This document shows positions 16,777 through 24,957 of a DNA stretch of 32,000 bases, one piece after another; the first letter of the stretch is position 1, and every line of letters begins with the position of its first letter. The DNA comes from Promethearchaeota archaeon (GTDB lineage: Archaea; Asgardarchaeota; Hermodarchaeia; Hermodarchaeales; Hermodarchaeaceae): contig JBHLMI010000014.1 of NCBI GenBank assembly GCA_048938295.1, forward strand, positions 27,185 through 59,184, read 5' to 3'. Both the position numbers and the translations under genes were made by a program. The notes under the pieces are model-generated. The model was not told the DNA's origin, did no database searches, and was given only the letters and a program-made list of their open reading frames with translations.

Positions 16777-17202
16777 TTTTTCTCCACCTTTCTGAACACA
16801 TCTAGGGAAAAATAATCTGAAGCAGAACAATGCATACCTAATATCGCGAGGACCATTGAGCAAGCCAAACTCAGGTGTTGGTCCGGTTCACATGGGATAG
16901 GTTACATCGCGACCAGGTGACATTGTTTCTTTTTCACTTCCGACATGTTTTCCCGTGCGAGTGTGTTTGCTGGAATCTACCTCAACAATGGGCACTACCC
17001 TTTAAGTACCCGTTTAGAGAGCCCCTAATGGAGCGGACAAAAACGCCGTTTCCGGCAAAAGAAGCATCCAAAGCGTAGGATTAGCATTAAACTTGATTCT
17101 ATTGATGTATTCAAGTAATTGAGTTTTAAGTCAACTCGTATATGATAGGGTTTTCGTCAAAAGGAAACATTATATATTCGTTTCTTTCTTTCTGACGATG
17201 GT

Positions 17203-18639
17203 GTGGCGCGCGTGCAATCAATGGTTGAAGTAGCTGATTTGCTCTCGACATTACAGCGCAATATCCATGAAGTTCTACGTCCAAGTGAAGAACTGTACGA
17301 GATTGACCTTCTCCTTGATAACTTAAGAGTCTATGCAAAGCGCGTTAAAGGCATCACCCTCTCTGACGAAGATTATCGACTTCAACCATATAAGGACTTT
17401 TCCGGAATGGTTGTAACGCCACGAGAGCGAACCTATAACTCGTTACTCCGCCGCTTGAAAGTGATCCTTCGCTTCAACATCACCTCTTATGAGAAGGTTA
17501 CCCGAGATTTGTTGCGAGGGCTGGTATCTGATGAAGTTGACCGTCTAACCGGAAGAGAAATCCGATTAATGACCTTGTTATATCAACGTCCAACGACACC
17601 ACAAAGAGAGATTGCCAAAGAAATGAAAGTTAGCCTTCCAACGATACGAAAAGACATCAAGTCGTTGGAAGAAAAAATCGATTTACGATTCGCGAATTTG
17701 ATTGACTGGGGTCGGTTCAAGCTACGTCATTATGGCCTCATCTTTAACACAAAGGGTGTTGATGTGTCTCGATATCTTGCCAACGTGCTCAACAAAGAGA
17801 TGGCGACCTACTTATCGACAGTAAACTTTGATACATCCTTACAGCGAGGGTTTGCTGCTTTTCGTATTCCTGATCAGGGAAAACCAGTTCAACTGTTTTT
17901 AGAGCAAGTGGAATTTCTTGGTGACCACTTCTTTGAGTGGCATCAGCTTCATCAAATTACGAAGTACCATCAATCTGTATGCTTTGACTATTTCGATTAC
18001 GATACTAGCACCTGGATGATTGAAGGCGATGTTTCAACACTTGGGCTCCTTAATTTTGTTCGAGAAAACTGGGCTATTCTCCCCAAACCCCGTGGATTAT
18101 CCAATACGCTAGCACGGCCCTTTGACAAACTAGATTTCTATCTTACATCTTTTCTTGTTGGAGATGCTCACGCTTCAATGAAGAAAATAATGGAGCGGTT
18201 GAAGACCGTTGATATTGAGGCTCCCCGTACAACTATTTCAACTCGGAAGAACCGGTTATATAAGGAAAGAACAATGGAGCCTTTCTTCACCTTTTCAACA
18301 CCCCAGCTTCCCTTTTTCATCACTTTTGCCATTCGATGTGAACCTCATATCGCGGAGCAACTAAGTGTAGCAGTTGCACAAATGCCTCAGGGCTTTGCAT
18401 CAATTACTAAGATTGGATGCATTCTCCACGTTTATGCGCCTTCACGGAGCCTCGGAACTATTCTCAATGCTATTTCCATGACACTTGAAGAAGAGGGTGT
18501 TGAGGAGGTGTGGCAGATGCAGGAGTTTAAGAACATGGGAGCTTATGGTCCTGCTCAACTTGCTCCGAAGTGGAATGGCTCGTATTGGACTTGGTCAGAA
18601 GACGAGTTTGCTATTCCATCATTGGGGTTGGAGTATTAG
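17203..18639 (+). CDS. Large putative transcriptional regulator, paralogue 3
   Basis: HTH: LTGREIRLMTLLYQRPTTPQREIAKEMKVSLPTIRKDIKSL. Second module: DKLDFYL...DIEAPRTTISTRKNRL. Shares the N-terminal KR[IV]xG...FS...RL..I.R[YF] motif with paralogues 1 and 2. Confidence 0.72.
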   Translation: MARVQSMVEVADLLSTLQRNIHEVLRPSEELYEIDLLLDNLRVYAKRVKGITLSDEDYRLQPYKDFSGMVVTPRERTYNSLLRRLKVILRFNITSYEKVTRDLLRGLVSDEVDRLTGREIRLMTLLYQRPTTPQREIAKEMKVSLPTIRKDIKSLEEKIDLRFANLIDWGRFKLRHYGLIFNTKGVDVSRYLANVLNKEMATYLSTVNFDTSLQRGFAAFRIPDQGKPVQLFLEQVEFLGDHFFEWHQLHQITKYHQSVCFDYFDYDTSTWMIEGDVSTLGLLNFVRENWAILPKPRGLSNTLARPFDKLDFYLTSFLVGDAHASMKKIMERLKTVDIEAPRTTISTRKNRLYKERTMEPFFTFSTPQLPFFITFAIRCEPHIAEQLSVAVAQMPQGFASITKIGCILHVYAPSRSLGTILNAISMTLEEEGVEEVWQMQEFKNMGAYGPAQLAPKWNGSYWTWSEDEFAIPSLGLEY

Positions 18640-18720
18640 AGTAGTTCTTTGAAAGAGTTTTTCATGCTCTAATTCACAGTTATTATCCTATAGCAAATTT
18701 TGGTAGTGTTAGAGATTAAG

Positions 18721-19743
18721 ATGCCGATTGTTGTTCGGGAAGGGGATTTCATCGAAACCACTGAAGGTTTGATTTTTGATACTAAGGGGCTTCTACATCC
18801 GCCTGATCGCACTATTGCTTTCCTGCGTTATTATCCTACACCCCAAGGGAAACGTAGGCGAGGAAATCATCGGTATGATAAGGTCTACCATCTTGCTGAG
18901 CGGTTTGATTATCTTCGACAACATTACCCCAAATATCTATACGAGGATGCAGTTTTCGGACAAGAATTACAGGGGGTTCCACATACTTCTGTTCGGCAGA
19001 TCTATCAACCAAAAGAGAGCCTCCACCATTTGAAGGAGCAGGAGAAACGAGATGCTCTGCAGCAGGATGTGGTAACCTTTGCAAAAATTCTCGAGGACAC
19101 GGCTCGTGTGTCACAGGACTCGTTAGGGATTTCGGGAAGCATCCAGGTTAATCTTCATGGAGACGCTTCGGATATCGATTTAATCGTTTATGGGCGTCGT
19201 GCGGCACGAGCGGTTCAACTGGCTTTACGTCGGGCACATTTAATGCCCGAGGAAGGAATCTCGGGGTATCGTCTGGATACCTACCGCCCGGTTTACAACC
19301 TACGCTGGTCGGGCTCAGGTATTTCTATTGAAAAGATGTTGTTAGTGGATGGATTGAAATCCATGCACGGAGTGTTTGGTGGCCATCATTATTTTGTCCG
19401 AGCAGTCTTGGAGTGGGATGAAATTCATGAGCAGTATGGTGACAGCAAGTATCGTCCATTGGGTCAGGCACGTGCACATTGTAGAATCACGGATGATCGT
19501 GATGGACTCTTCACTCCTTGTCGATATGAAATCGAAGCGGTGAAGCTACTAGAAGGGCACTTTGATGTTGAATTACGGGAAATCGTGAGTTTTCGTGGGC
19601 GGTTCGCTGAACAAGTCCGTCAAGATGAGGAGGCAATTGTGCGAGGAACAGTGGAACTAGTTGAATCTGGAAAAGAAAAATGGGGACGGTTTGTGTTGGG
19701 AAATGATCCGACAGATATCTTATTACCGAGTAACGTCCTTTGA
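18721..19743 (+). CDS. Archaeal Pol-beta-superfamily nucleotidyltransferase (COG1665-like), copy A
   Basis: REGDFIET.EGLIF..KG..HP..R.IAFLRYYP N-terminus and GISGSI...H...SDIDLIVYG signature. The C-terminus (YEIE...EIVSFRGRFAEQV...VRG.VE) looks OB-fold-like. Start placed at ATG 18721; the track uses TTG 18700. Confidence 0.8.
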   Translation: MPIVVREGDFIETTEGLIFDTKGLLHPPDRTIAFLRYYPTPQGKRRRGNHRYDKVYHLAERFDYLRQHYPKYLYEDAVFGQELQGVPHTSVRQIYQPKESLHHLKEQEKRDALQQDVVTFAKILEDTARVSQDSLGISGSIQVNLHGDASDIDLIVYGRRAARAVQLALRRAHLMPEEGISGYRLDTYRPVYNLRWSGSGISIEKMLLVDGLKSMHGVFGGHHYFVRAVLEWDEIHEQYGDSKYRPLGQARAHCRITDDRDGLFTPCRYEIEAVKLLEGHFDVELREIVSFRGRFAEQVRQDEEAIVRGTVELVESGKEKWGRFVLGNDPTDILLPSNVL

Positions 19744-19764
19744 ATATGTGGCGGAGGCTTAGGG

Positions 19765-20811
19765 GTGGCACGCCTTCCGAAAGACAAAGATTACGTCGAA
19801 AGCAAAGAGGGACTCTTTTTCACGATTGTGGGGTATTTGCATCCCCCTGATGCCTATACTGCCTATCTGAAGTACCGCCCAGATCCGAAAGGAAAATGGG
19901 AACGCGAAGGCGTCAAGTATCAGCGCATGATGCAAGTGTATAGTGCCGCTGAGGTGGAATCCAGTAGTAAATGGCTCTTAGACTATTACCCGGAATACAT
20001 TCAGCTTGACCCCGTACGGGGCATTAAGCTCCCTTTGGTTCCATGGGAGAACATCGTGGCTTATTACTTGCCTGAAGTGCGATTGACTGAGATTCTACGT
20101 GATCCACAGGACCCGTTGGAATCTAAAACAAAAGCTCTTGTTACGTTATTATCAGAAAGAAGTGGTGTTGAGGAGAATCGGTTTGGGATTTCGGGTTCGA
20201 TTTTACTTGAACTTCACAATCCGATGTTCTCAGATATTGATCTGCTTGTTTACGGGCAAGAAAATGCACATCGTGTTCGGAACGTGATGGACGAGTTATT
20301 TGGTGAAGATCTGATTAAACCATATTCAGGTGAAGAGATTCAAGCGTGGCAATTGAGGCAAGTTCGTACTTTGGGCATTCCTACGCAATACGCGGAGCAG
20401 ATTTCGTGGTCGCATTGGCAACGGGGACGGTTTGGGCAAACAGCTTTTTCGATTAGTCCTGTTCGTATGGATGTAGAAATTATGGACCAGTATGGTGCTG
20501 AGACTTATTCGCCAGTGGAAAGTGTTCAATTAACAGCGACCATTGTGGAAGACGAGGACAACCTTTTCGTGCCGGCCCATTATTTGGTGGGAGAAATTAC
20601 TATGGAAGAGGGGGATACAGAACTACCTTCCTTAACCGAGGTTCTCTCGTTTGAAGGTGTTTTTTCTGCTGTATTCAATCGAGGTGATCAGGTCCGCATT
20701 AGAGGAATGGTTGAAGCGATTCGTGATACGGCTGGGAATGTTATACGTAATCATGTTGTTGTGGGAACACTTGCAACTCAGGGTTGGATTGTCCGAATTC
20801 CTTCATTCTGA
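19765..20811 (+). CDS. Archaeal Pol-beta-superfamily nucleotidyltransferase (COG1665-like), copy B
   Basis: KDKDYVESKEGLFF..VGYLHP...YTAYLKYRP and GISGSILL.LHNP.FSDIDLLVYG motifs. Same overall architecture as copy A, 21 nt downstream of it. Confidence 0.8.
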   Translation: MARLPKDKDYVESKEGLFFTIVGYLHPPDAYTAYLKYRPDPKGKWEREGVKYQRMMQVYSAAEVESSSKWLLDYYPEYIQLDPVRGIKLPLVPWENIVAYYLPEVRLTEILRDPQDPLESKTKALVTLLSERSGVEENRFGISGSILLELHNPMFSDIDLLVYGQENAHRVRNVMDELFGEDLIKPYSGEEIQAWQLRQVRTLGIPTQYAEQISWSHWQRGRFGQTAFSISPVRMDVEIMDQYGAETYSPVESVQLTATIVEDEDNLFVPAHYLVGEITMEEGDTELPSLTEVLSFEGVFSAVFNRGDQVRIRGMVEAIRDTAGNVIRNHVVVGTLATQGWIVRIPSF

Positions 20812-20902
20812 TGAAGCGGGGGATTGGCTTTGGACTTTAGCAAGAGATTTATTAGAGGTTATCAGTTATCGGTGGCAACCAGAAGTGGAGCGTAATTAGT
20901 CT

Positions 20903-21301
20903 ATGCCTAGCATAGAAGTTGTTTTGTTAACAGGTAGGACACGTCGTCAGGGTGTGGGACTCGAAGCAGGAAAACTCAGTCAGATTTACCATGAGGCTAC
21001 TACCCAAATTCGACTCGATCCAAGTGATTTGGAGAAATTAAAGATTGAACCCGGTGATGTCGTCGAGGTCACTACAAAACATGGTAGTGTGGTGCTGCAT
21101 GCAGAGCTAGCGGAACGGGCAAGCGAAGGCATGGGCTTCATCCCTTATGGGCCATGGGCTAATTGTGTCATCAGTGGAGATACCGACAGTACCGGAATGC
21201 CCACCATGAAAGGCTTGAAAGCAACAGTCACTTCTACCCCCGATAAGCAGGTTTTGAGTCTTCAAGAATTGTTTGATGCCATGCGTAAAAGCATGAGTTA
21301 A
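20903..21301 (+). CDS. fwdD: Formylmethanofuran dehydrogenase subunit D (molybdopterin dinucleotide-binding)
   Basis: LLTGRT..QG, L.P.D...L.I..GD.VEV.T..GSVVL and FIPYGPWAN......TDSTGMP..KG motifs. Mo versus W type (fmd/fwd) cannot be determined. Confidence 0.88.
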   Translation: MPSIEVVLLTGRTRRQGVGLEAGKLSQIYHEATTQIRLDPSDLEKLKIEPGDVVEVTTKHGSVVLHAELAERASEGMGFIPYGPWANCVISGDTDSTGMPTMKGLKATVTSTPDKQVLSLQELFDAMRKSMS

Positions 21302-21332
21302 TCCGTTTAAATTCCGCCATGTGAGGAATTCC

Positions 21333-21434
21333 ATGGTTACAATCATCATTCTAAGCATCGCCCTCCTCATTAAATTCATCAGCCAACGTCAAAGACTTCC
21401 CGAACTCACACCGTGGAATGCACCACATCCCTAG
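21333..21434 (+). CDS. Candidate 33-aa small membrane peptide
   Basis: MVTIIILSIALLIKFISQRQRLPELTPWNAPHP. TGAGG lies 6 nt upstream, the ORF is co-oriented 31 nt after fwdD, and it has one hydrophobic N-terminal segment. Confidence 0.35.
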   Translation: MVTIIILSIALLIKFISQRQRLPELTPWNAPHP

Positions 21435-21547
21435 CACCAGTTCAACTAATTTCGCTAAGAAAAAGAGTAGTTTGGGCGAACCGCTTAAATGACAGAACCG
21501 CCCTTTACACTACACTCTTATGCAAGATGCTATTTGAGGTTCACGCT

Positions 21548-22945
21548 ATGACCACCAAAGACACCGACGCAATCCTTTCAACTCCCCGATCACGCATCAC
21601 CAAACACGTTATCTGTCCTTTCTGTGGCTGTTTATGCGACGACATAGAAGTGGCAGTGACGATGACCGGTCCGCTTCCACGTGTTCCCGAAGGCACGATT
21701 GTGGAGGCATTGAATGCTTGCCGCATCGGGCACACCAAATTTCTGAAGGTTCGGGATGAGTACCGGATTTACAAGCCAGAGCTGCGTTCAGGCCCGAACA
21801 AATCTGAGGTCAAGCATGTTTCATTAGAAGAAGCTGTAAAGGCAACAGCCAAGATATTAGCCGAGGCTAAGCGCCCTGTGATTTACGGATTGGCTAGCAC
21901 ATCCAATGAGGCGAGCGTTAAAGCCTTGGAACTTGCTGAGGTGTCAGGTGCAGTTGTCGATAATACCTCCTCGGTCTGTCATGGTCCAGGAATTGAAGCT
22001 GTTCAACGCGTGGGTATAGGAACAGCTACGCTAGGTAAAATCAAAAACTATTCAGATTTGATTATCTATTGGGGCTGTAATCCAATTGCAGCACATCCTC
22101 GTCATACTCGACGATATTCACAATTCATCGAAGGATTATTCCAACAAGTGGAAGACCGTAAAGTTTACCACATTGATGTGCGGTCCACACGTTTCACGGA
22201 TCAAGTAACCAATTCTATCATTGTGGAACCGAACAAAGACTATGAGCTACTTCAGACCGTCCGTGCCCTGTTAAATGGTCGGGATTTACAGGCTTCTAGG
22301 GTTGCAGGTGTTCCGATGCGCCAGATCCGTGAGTTTGTGAACGATTTGAAGAGTGCCAAGTTTGTGACAATATTCTTCGGACTTGGATTAACACAAACTC
22401 ATGGCAAGGACCATAACGTCACTGCGGCTATCGATTTGACCGCGGATTTAAACCATTACACAAAAGCAGTGATAATGCCCCTGCGTGGTCACTTCAATGT
22501 CACTGGGTCAAACCACGTATCTACTTGGACCTATGGCTATCCATTTTCGGTAAGCCTTGAACAGGGATCGCCCTACTACATGCCCGGTGAAACGAGTGCA
22601 GTCGATGTATTGGTCCGAGGGGAAGCGGATGCCTTCTTCGCCATAGCAGCTGATCCCGCCGCATCATTCCCCATGGCTGCTGTTAAGGAAATGATGAAGA
22701 TTCCTGTAATCGTCTTAGATCCCAAACGGTGTGCAACGACTGAGATCGCGGATGTTGTAATTCCTTCAGCCTACGTAGGCATCGAAGCTGATGGTGTACA
22801 GACCGCTTATCGGATGGATGGGATTCCCTTACAACTTGACAAGATTGTTGATGCGCCTCCCGGCATCAAAACTGATGACCAGATTCTGGACATGATAGTT
22901 CGTGAGGTCTGTAAGCTGAAGGGAGTTAAACGCTACAACCAATAG
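21548..22945 (+). CDS. fwdB: Formylmethanofuran dehydrogenase subunit B (Mo/W-bisPGD catalytic subunit, Cys ligand)
   Basis: CPFCGCLCDDI...C..G Fe-S motif, DNTSSVCHGP metal-ligand motif, WGCNP..AHPRH, RGHFNV.G and GTAYRMDG-like QTAYRMDG motifs. Start moved to ATG 21548 (GAGGT 7 nt upstream, CTTAAAT TATA-like at about 21484). Confidence 0.92.
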   Translation: MTTKDTDAILSTPRSRITKHVICPFCGCLCDDIEVAVTMTGPLPRVPEGTIVEALNACRIGHTKFLKVRDEYRIYKPELRSGPNKSEVKHVSLEEAVKATAKILAEAKRPVIYGLASTSNEASVKALELAEVSGAVVDNTSSVCHGPGIEAVQRVGIGTATLGKIKNYSDLIIYWGCNPIAAHPRHTRRYSQFIEGLFQQVEDRKVYHIDVRSTRFTDQVTNSIIVEPNKDYELLQTVRALLNGRDLQASRVAGVPMRQIREFVNDLKSAKFVTIFFGLGLTQTHGKDHNVTAAIDLTADLNHYTKAVIMPLRGHFNVTGSNHVSTWTYGYPFSVSLEQGSPYYMPGETSAVDVLVRGEADAFFAIAADPAASFPMAAVKEMMKIPVIVLDPKRCATTEIADVVIPSAYVGIEADGVQTAYRMDGIPLQLDKIVDAPPGIKTDDQILDMIVREVCKLKGVKRYNQ

Positions 22946-22946
22946 T

Positions 22947-23633
22947 TTAGCTCGTTACGCGCTTCCCTAGCTTGCCAATTAGCGAATGAATTGTCATGCC
23001 AAGGAAGTTAGAGATGACAAGATCAGCGTGGGCAAGGTCCTCAGGGGGATTTGTAGTTGTGAGGGCAACGCACGTCATCCCAGCTGATTTCGCCGCCATT
23101 ATTCCGATCGGCGAATCTTCAAAGACTAGACACTTTTTGGGGGGAACTCTGACGGCATGGGCTGCTATTAGATAGGGTTCCGGGTCCGGTTTGATCCGAG
23201 TTACTTGGGTTACATCGATTACCGGGTGCTTTCCCAAAAGCCCCAAGCTCTCTAGCGCGGCATTCAAATTCGCCGGGTGACCTGTACTAACAAAAGCCAC
23301 AGGAAGATGGGCATTTATAACGGATTCATAAAAAGCGATGAACCCCGGAATCGGTTGTAGATCACCCCGCAGTACATGTTCTCGATAAAGGATACGCCGT
23401 TGATCGATAATTGGAGTTGGATCATCGATAATTCCATGTTCTTCAAAGAGCGTTGTCATAATTGTGGCAGATCCTGCACCGAGGAACCGTGTTTTCCATT
23501 CCTTTTCCGAAACCTCAATTCCATAGGGTTCCAGAATTTCGTTAAAAGTCTGTAAATGAAGGAGTTCACTTTCTACGACAACTCCATCGACATCAAAGAA
23601 GACTGCTTCAATCAACGCTGAAGAGGTAACCAT
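22947..23633 (-). CDS. HAD-superfamily phosphatase (beta-PGM-like, subfamily IA)
   Basis: FDVDGVVVESE, KPDPEPY and VFEDSPIGIMAAKSAGM motifs. Confidence 0.88.
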   Translation of the reverse strand: MVTSSALIEAVFFDVDGVVVESELLHLQTFNEILEPYGIEVSEKEWKTRFLGAGSATIMTTLFEEHGIIDDPTPIIDQRRILYREHVLRGDLQPIPGFIAFYESVINAHLPVAFVSTGHPANLNAALESLGLLGKHPVIDVTQVTRIKPDPEPYLIAAHAVRVPPKKCLVFEDSPIGIMAAKSAGMTCVALTTTNPPEDLAHADLVISNFLGMTIHSLIGKLGKRVTS

Positions 23634-23647
23634 AGTTCGTTATTCCC

Positions 23648-24406
23648 TCATGCATGAAATAAAAAATGTTCCAGGTCGTGCAGAGTTCCTGAGCCATCTA
23701 TGCGATACTGAGATGCTTCTAATCCTTTTTTCGCGGAGTTCCCAACCTCCTTCGAGAGAATACCCAACCGGCCTCTTTCCTGGTCTAAATCAACCAGGAA
23801 GGTGGCTATCCCCAGGTCTGATGCAGCCATATCACTAATCGGATCATTTCCTGCCATGATACAGTGCTCTGGTTCCTGGTCAACCATATCCAAAATGGCT
23901 TGAAAATATTCACGACGCGGTTTGCAGTACGACATGTTTTCAGCATGTGTCATTAGGCTAATATCCAAATCAGCAAGGTTTGCCCATCCAATGCGAATTT
24001 TCGAAGCAAGTTCAGGGAAGATTGGATTAGTGGCGATAACAACCTGCAATCCCTCCTGCAGCACTCGTTCAAGGAGTGGACGACCATAGGGCACAATAGT
24101 AATGGTCGATTCCAGTTGATGAAAGGATTCTTCATAGAACTGTTGAAACCGATTAATGCATTCGTCGTAGTTCAGTGAAGGTGTGTCTGCAATGAAATGG
24201 TGTGTAAAAACTTCAACGTTGGTCATACGGCCATCATTGTGAATCATCTGAAGTGTTGATTGGAGGAGTTTTTGAAAGAAGGTAGACTCGTCGAACAGAT
24301 CCTTTAGATAAGGATAGGCAAGTTTGGCGTAGGAGACGAGGAATTGATCTTCATTAAACAGTACAAGGGTATTGTCAAAGTCGATGAGGAGTGCTTCAAA
24401 CGCCAA
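23648..24406 (-). CDS. HAD-superfamily hydrolase
   Basis: IDFDNTL, VIATNPIFP, CKPRREYF and MAGNDPISD motifs. TTG start. Confidence 0.85.
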   Translation of the reverse strand: MAFEALLIDFDNTLVLFNEDQFLVSYAKLAYPYLKDLFDESTFFQKLLQSTLQMIHNDGRMTNVEVFTHHFIADTPSLNYDECINRFQQFYEESFHQLESTITIVPYGRPLLERVLQEGLQVVIATNPIFPELASKIRIGWANLADLDISLMTHAENMSYCKPRREYFQAILDMVDQEPEHCIMAGNDPISDMAASDLGIATFLVDLDQERGRLGILSKEVGNSAKKGLEASQYRIDGSGTLHDLEHFLFHA

Positions 24407-24449
24407 GGAGGTTACACCAATACAGCCAGCTCTGAATTAATCAAGCTCC

Positions 24450-24875
24450 TTAATCGGAAATTCCAGTAACCTCGATTTTAAGTTTAGCCGCAATATTCTG
24501 TATAAAATAGGAGACAGCAAAGGGGAGTGCATTATACTCTTCTTGGAATCCCTCAAAGCTGAGGGACGGAATTCCTTCATGACCGATAACGCCGACTCCA
24601 CCTTGATCAGTGATGAAGTATTTGACTTCGGCAAGTTGGCCATTCGCCTCAAGAAGATTAGCATAGAGTTCGCCTTTGTCAACACTTTTCAGGTCGTCAG
24701 GTTCAACGATGATGATGAAAAATCGGACCCATTTATCGCTACGGTCAACTATTAGCAGGAATCTGCGATCCTCGATTGTGTAGGGGAGAATGATGCGATC
24801 TTCGGAAGGTATCACCTTGTAGGTCAGATTCATTTGTTTAAGGTATCCTTCGATTTTTTCCATAGTTGTTGTCAT
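24450..24875 (-). CDS. YbjN / type-III-secretion-chaperone-like fold protein, copy 2
   Basis: Start moved to ATG 24875 (GAGGT 7 nt upstream), giving 141 aa. Shares LL.ANGQLAEVKYF.TD.G.VGV.GHEG with the neighbour. The fold call is by pattern. Confidence 0.6.
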   Translation of the reverse strand: MTTTMEKIEGYLKQMNLTYKVIPSEDRIILPYTIEDRRFLLIVDRSDKWVRFFIIIVEPDDLKSVDKGELYANLLEANGQLAEVKYFITDQGGVGVIGHEGIPSLSFEGFQEEYNALPFAVSYFIQNIAAKLKIEVTGISD

Positions 24876-24957
24876 AATCTTAACCTCATAAGGAGTGAAC
24901 CCATCAATGCAAGGATTTAGAAAAACGTTTCTCAGGATGACATTTGCGGATTCGGTT

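Noticed and set aside
21107-21379. Minus-strand 90-aa ORF near a strong GAGGAGG
   Set aside because: It lies mostly antisense to fwdD, has no motif, and the SD-like run is the complement of the Leu/Ala/Ile codons of the plus-strand small ORF.
21977-21979. Selenocysteine in FwdB
   Set aside because: The metal-ligand codon is TGT (Cys) in SVCHGP, and the frame is uninterrupted.
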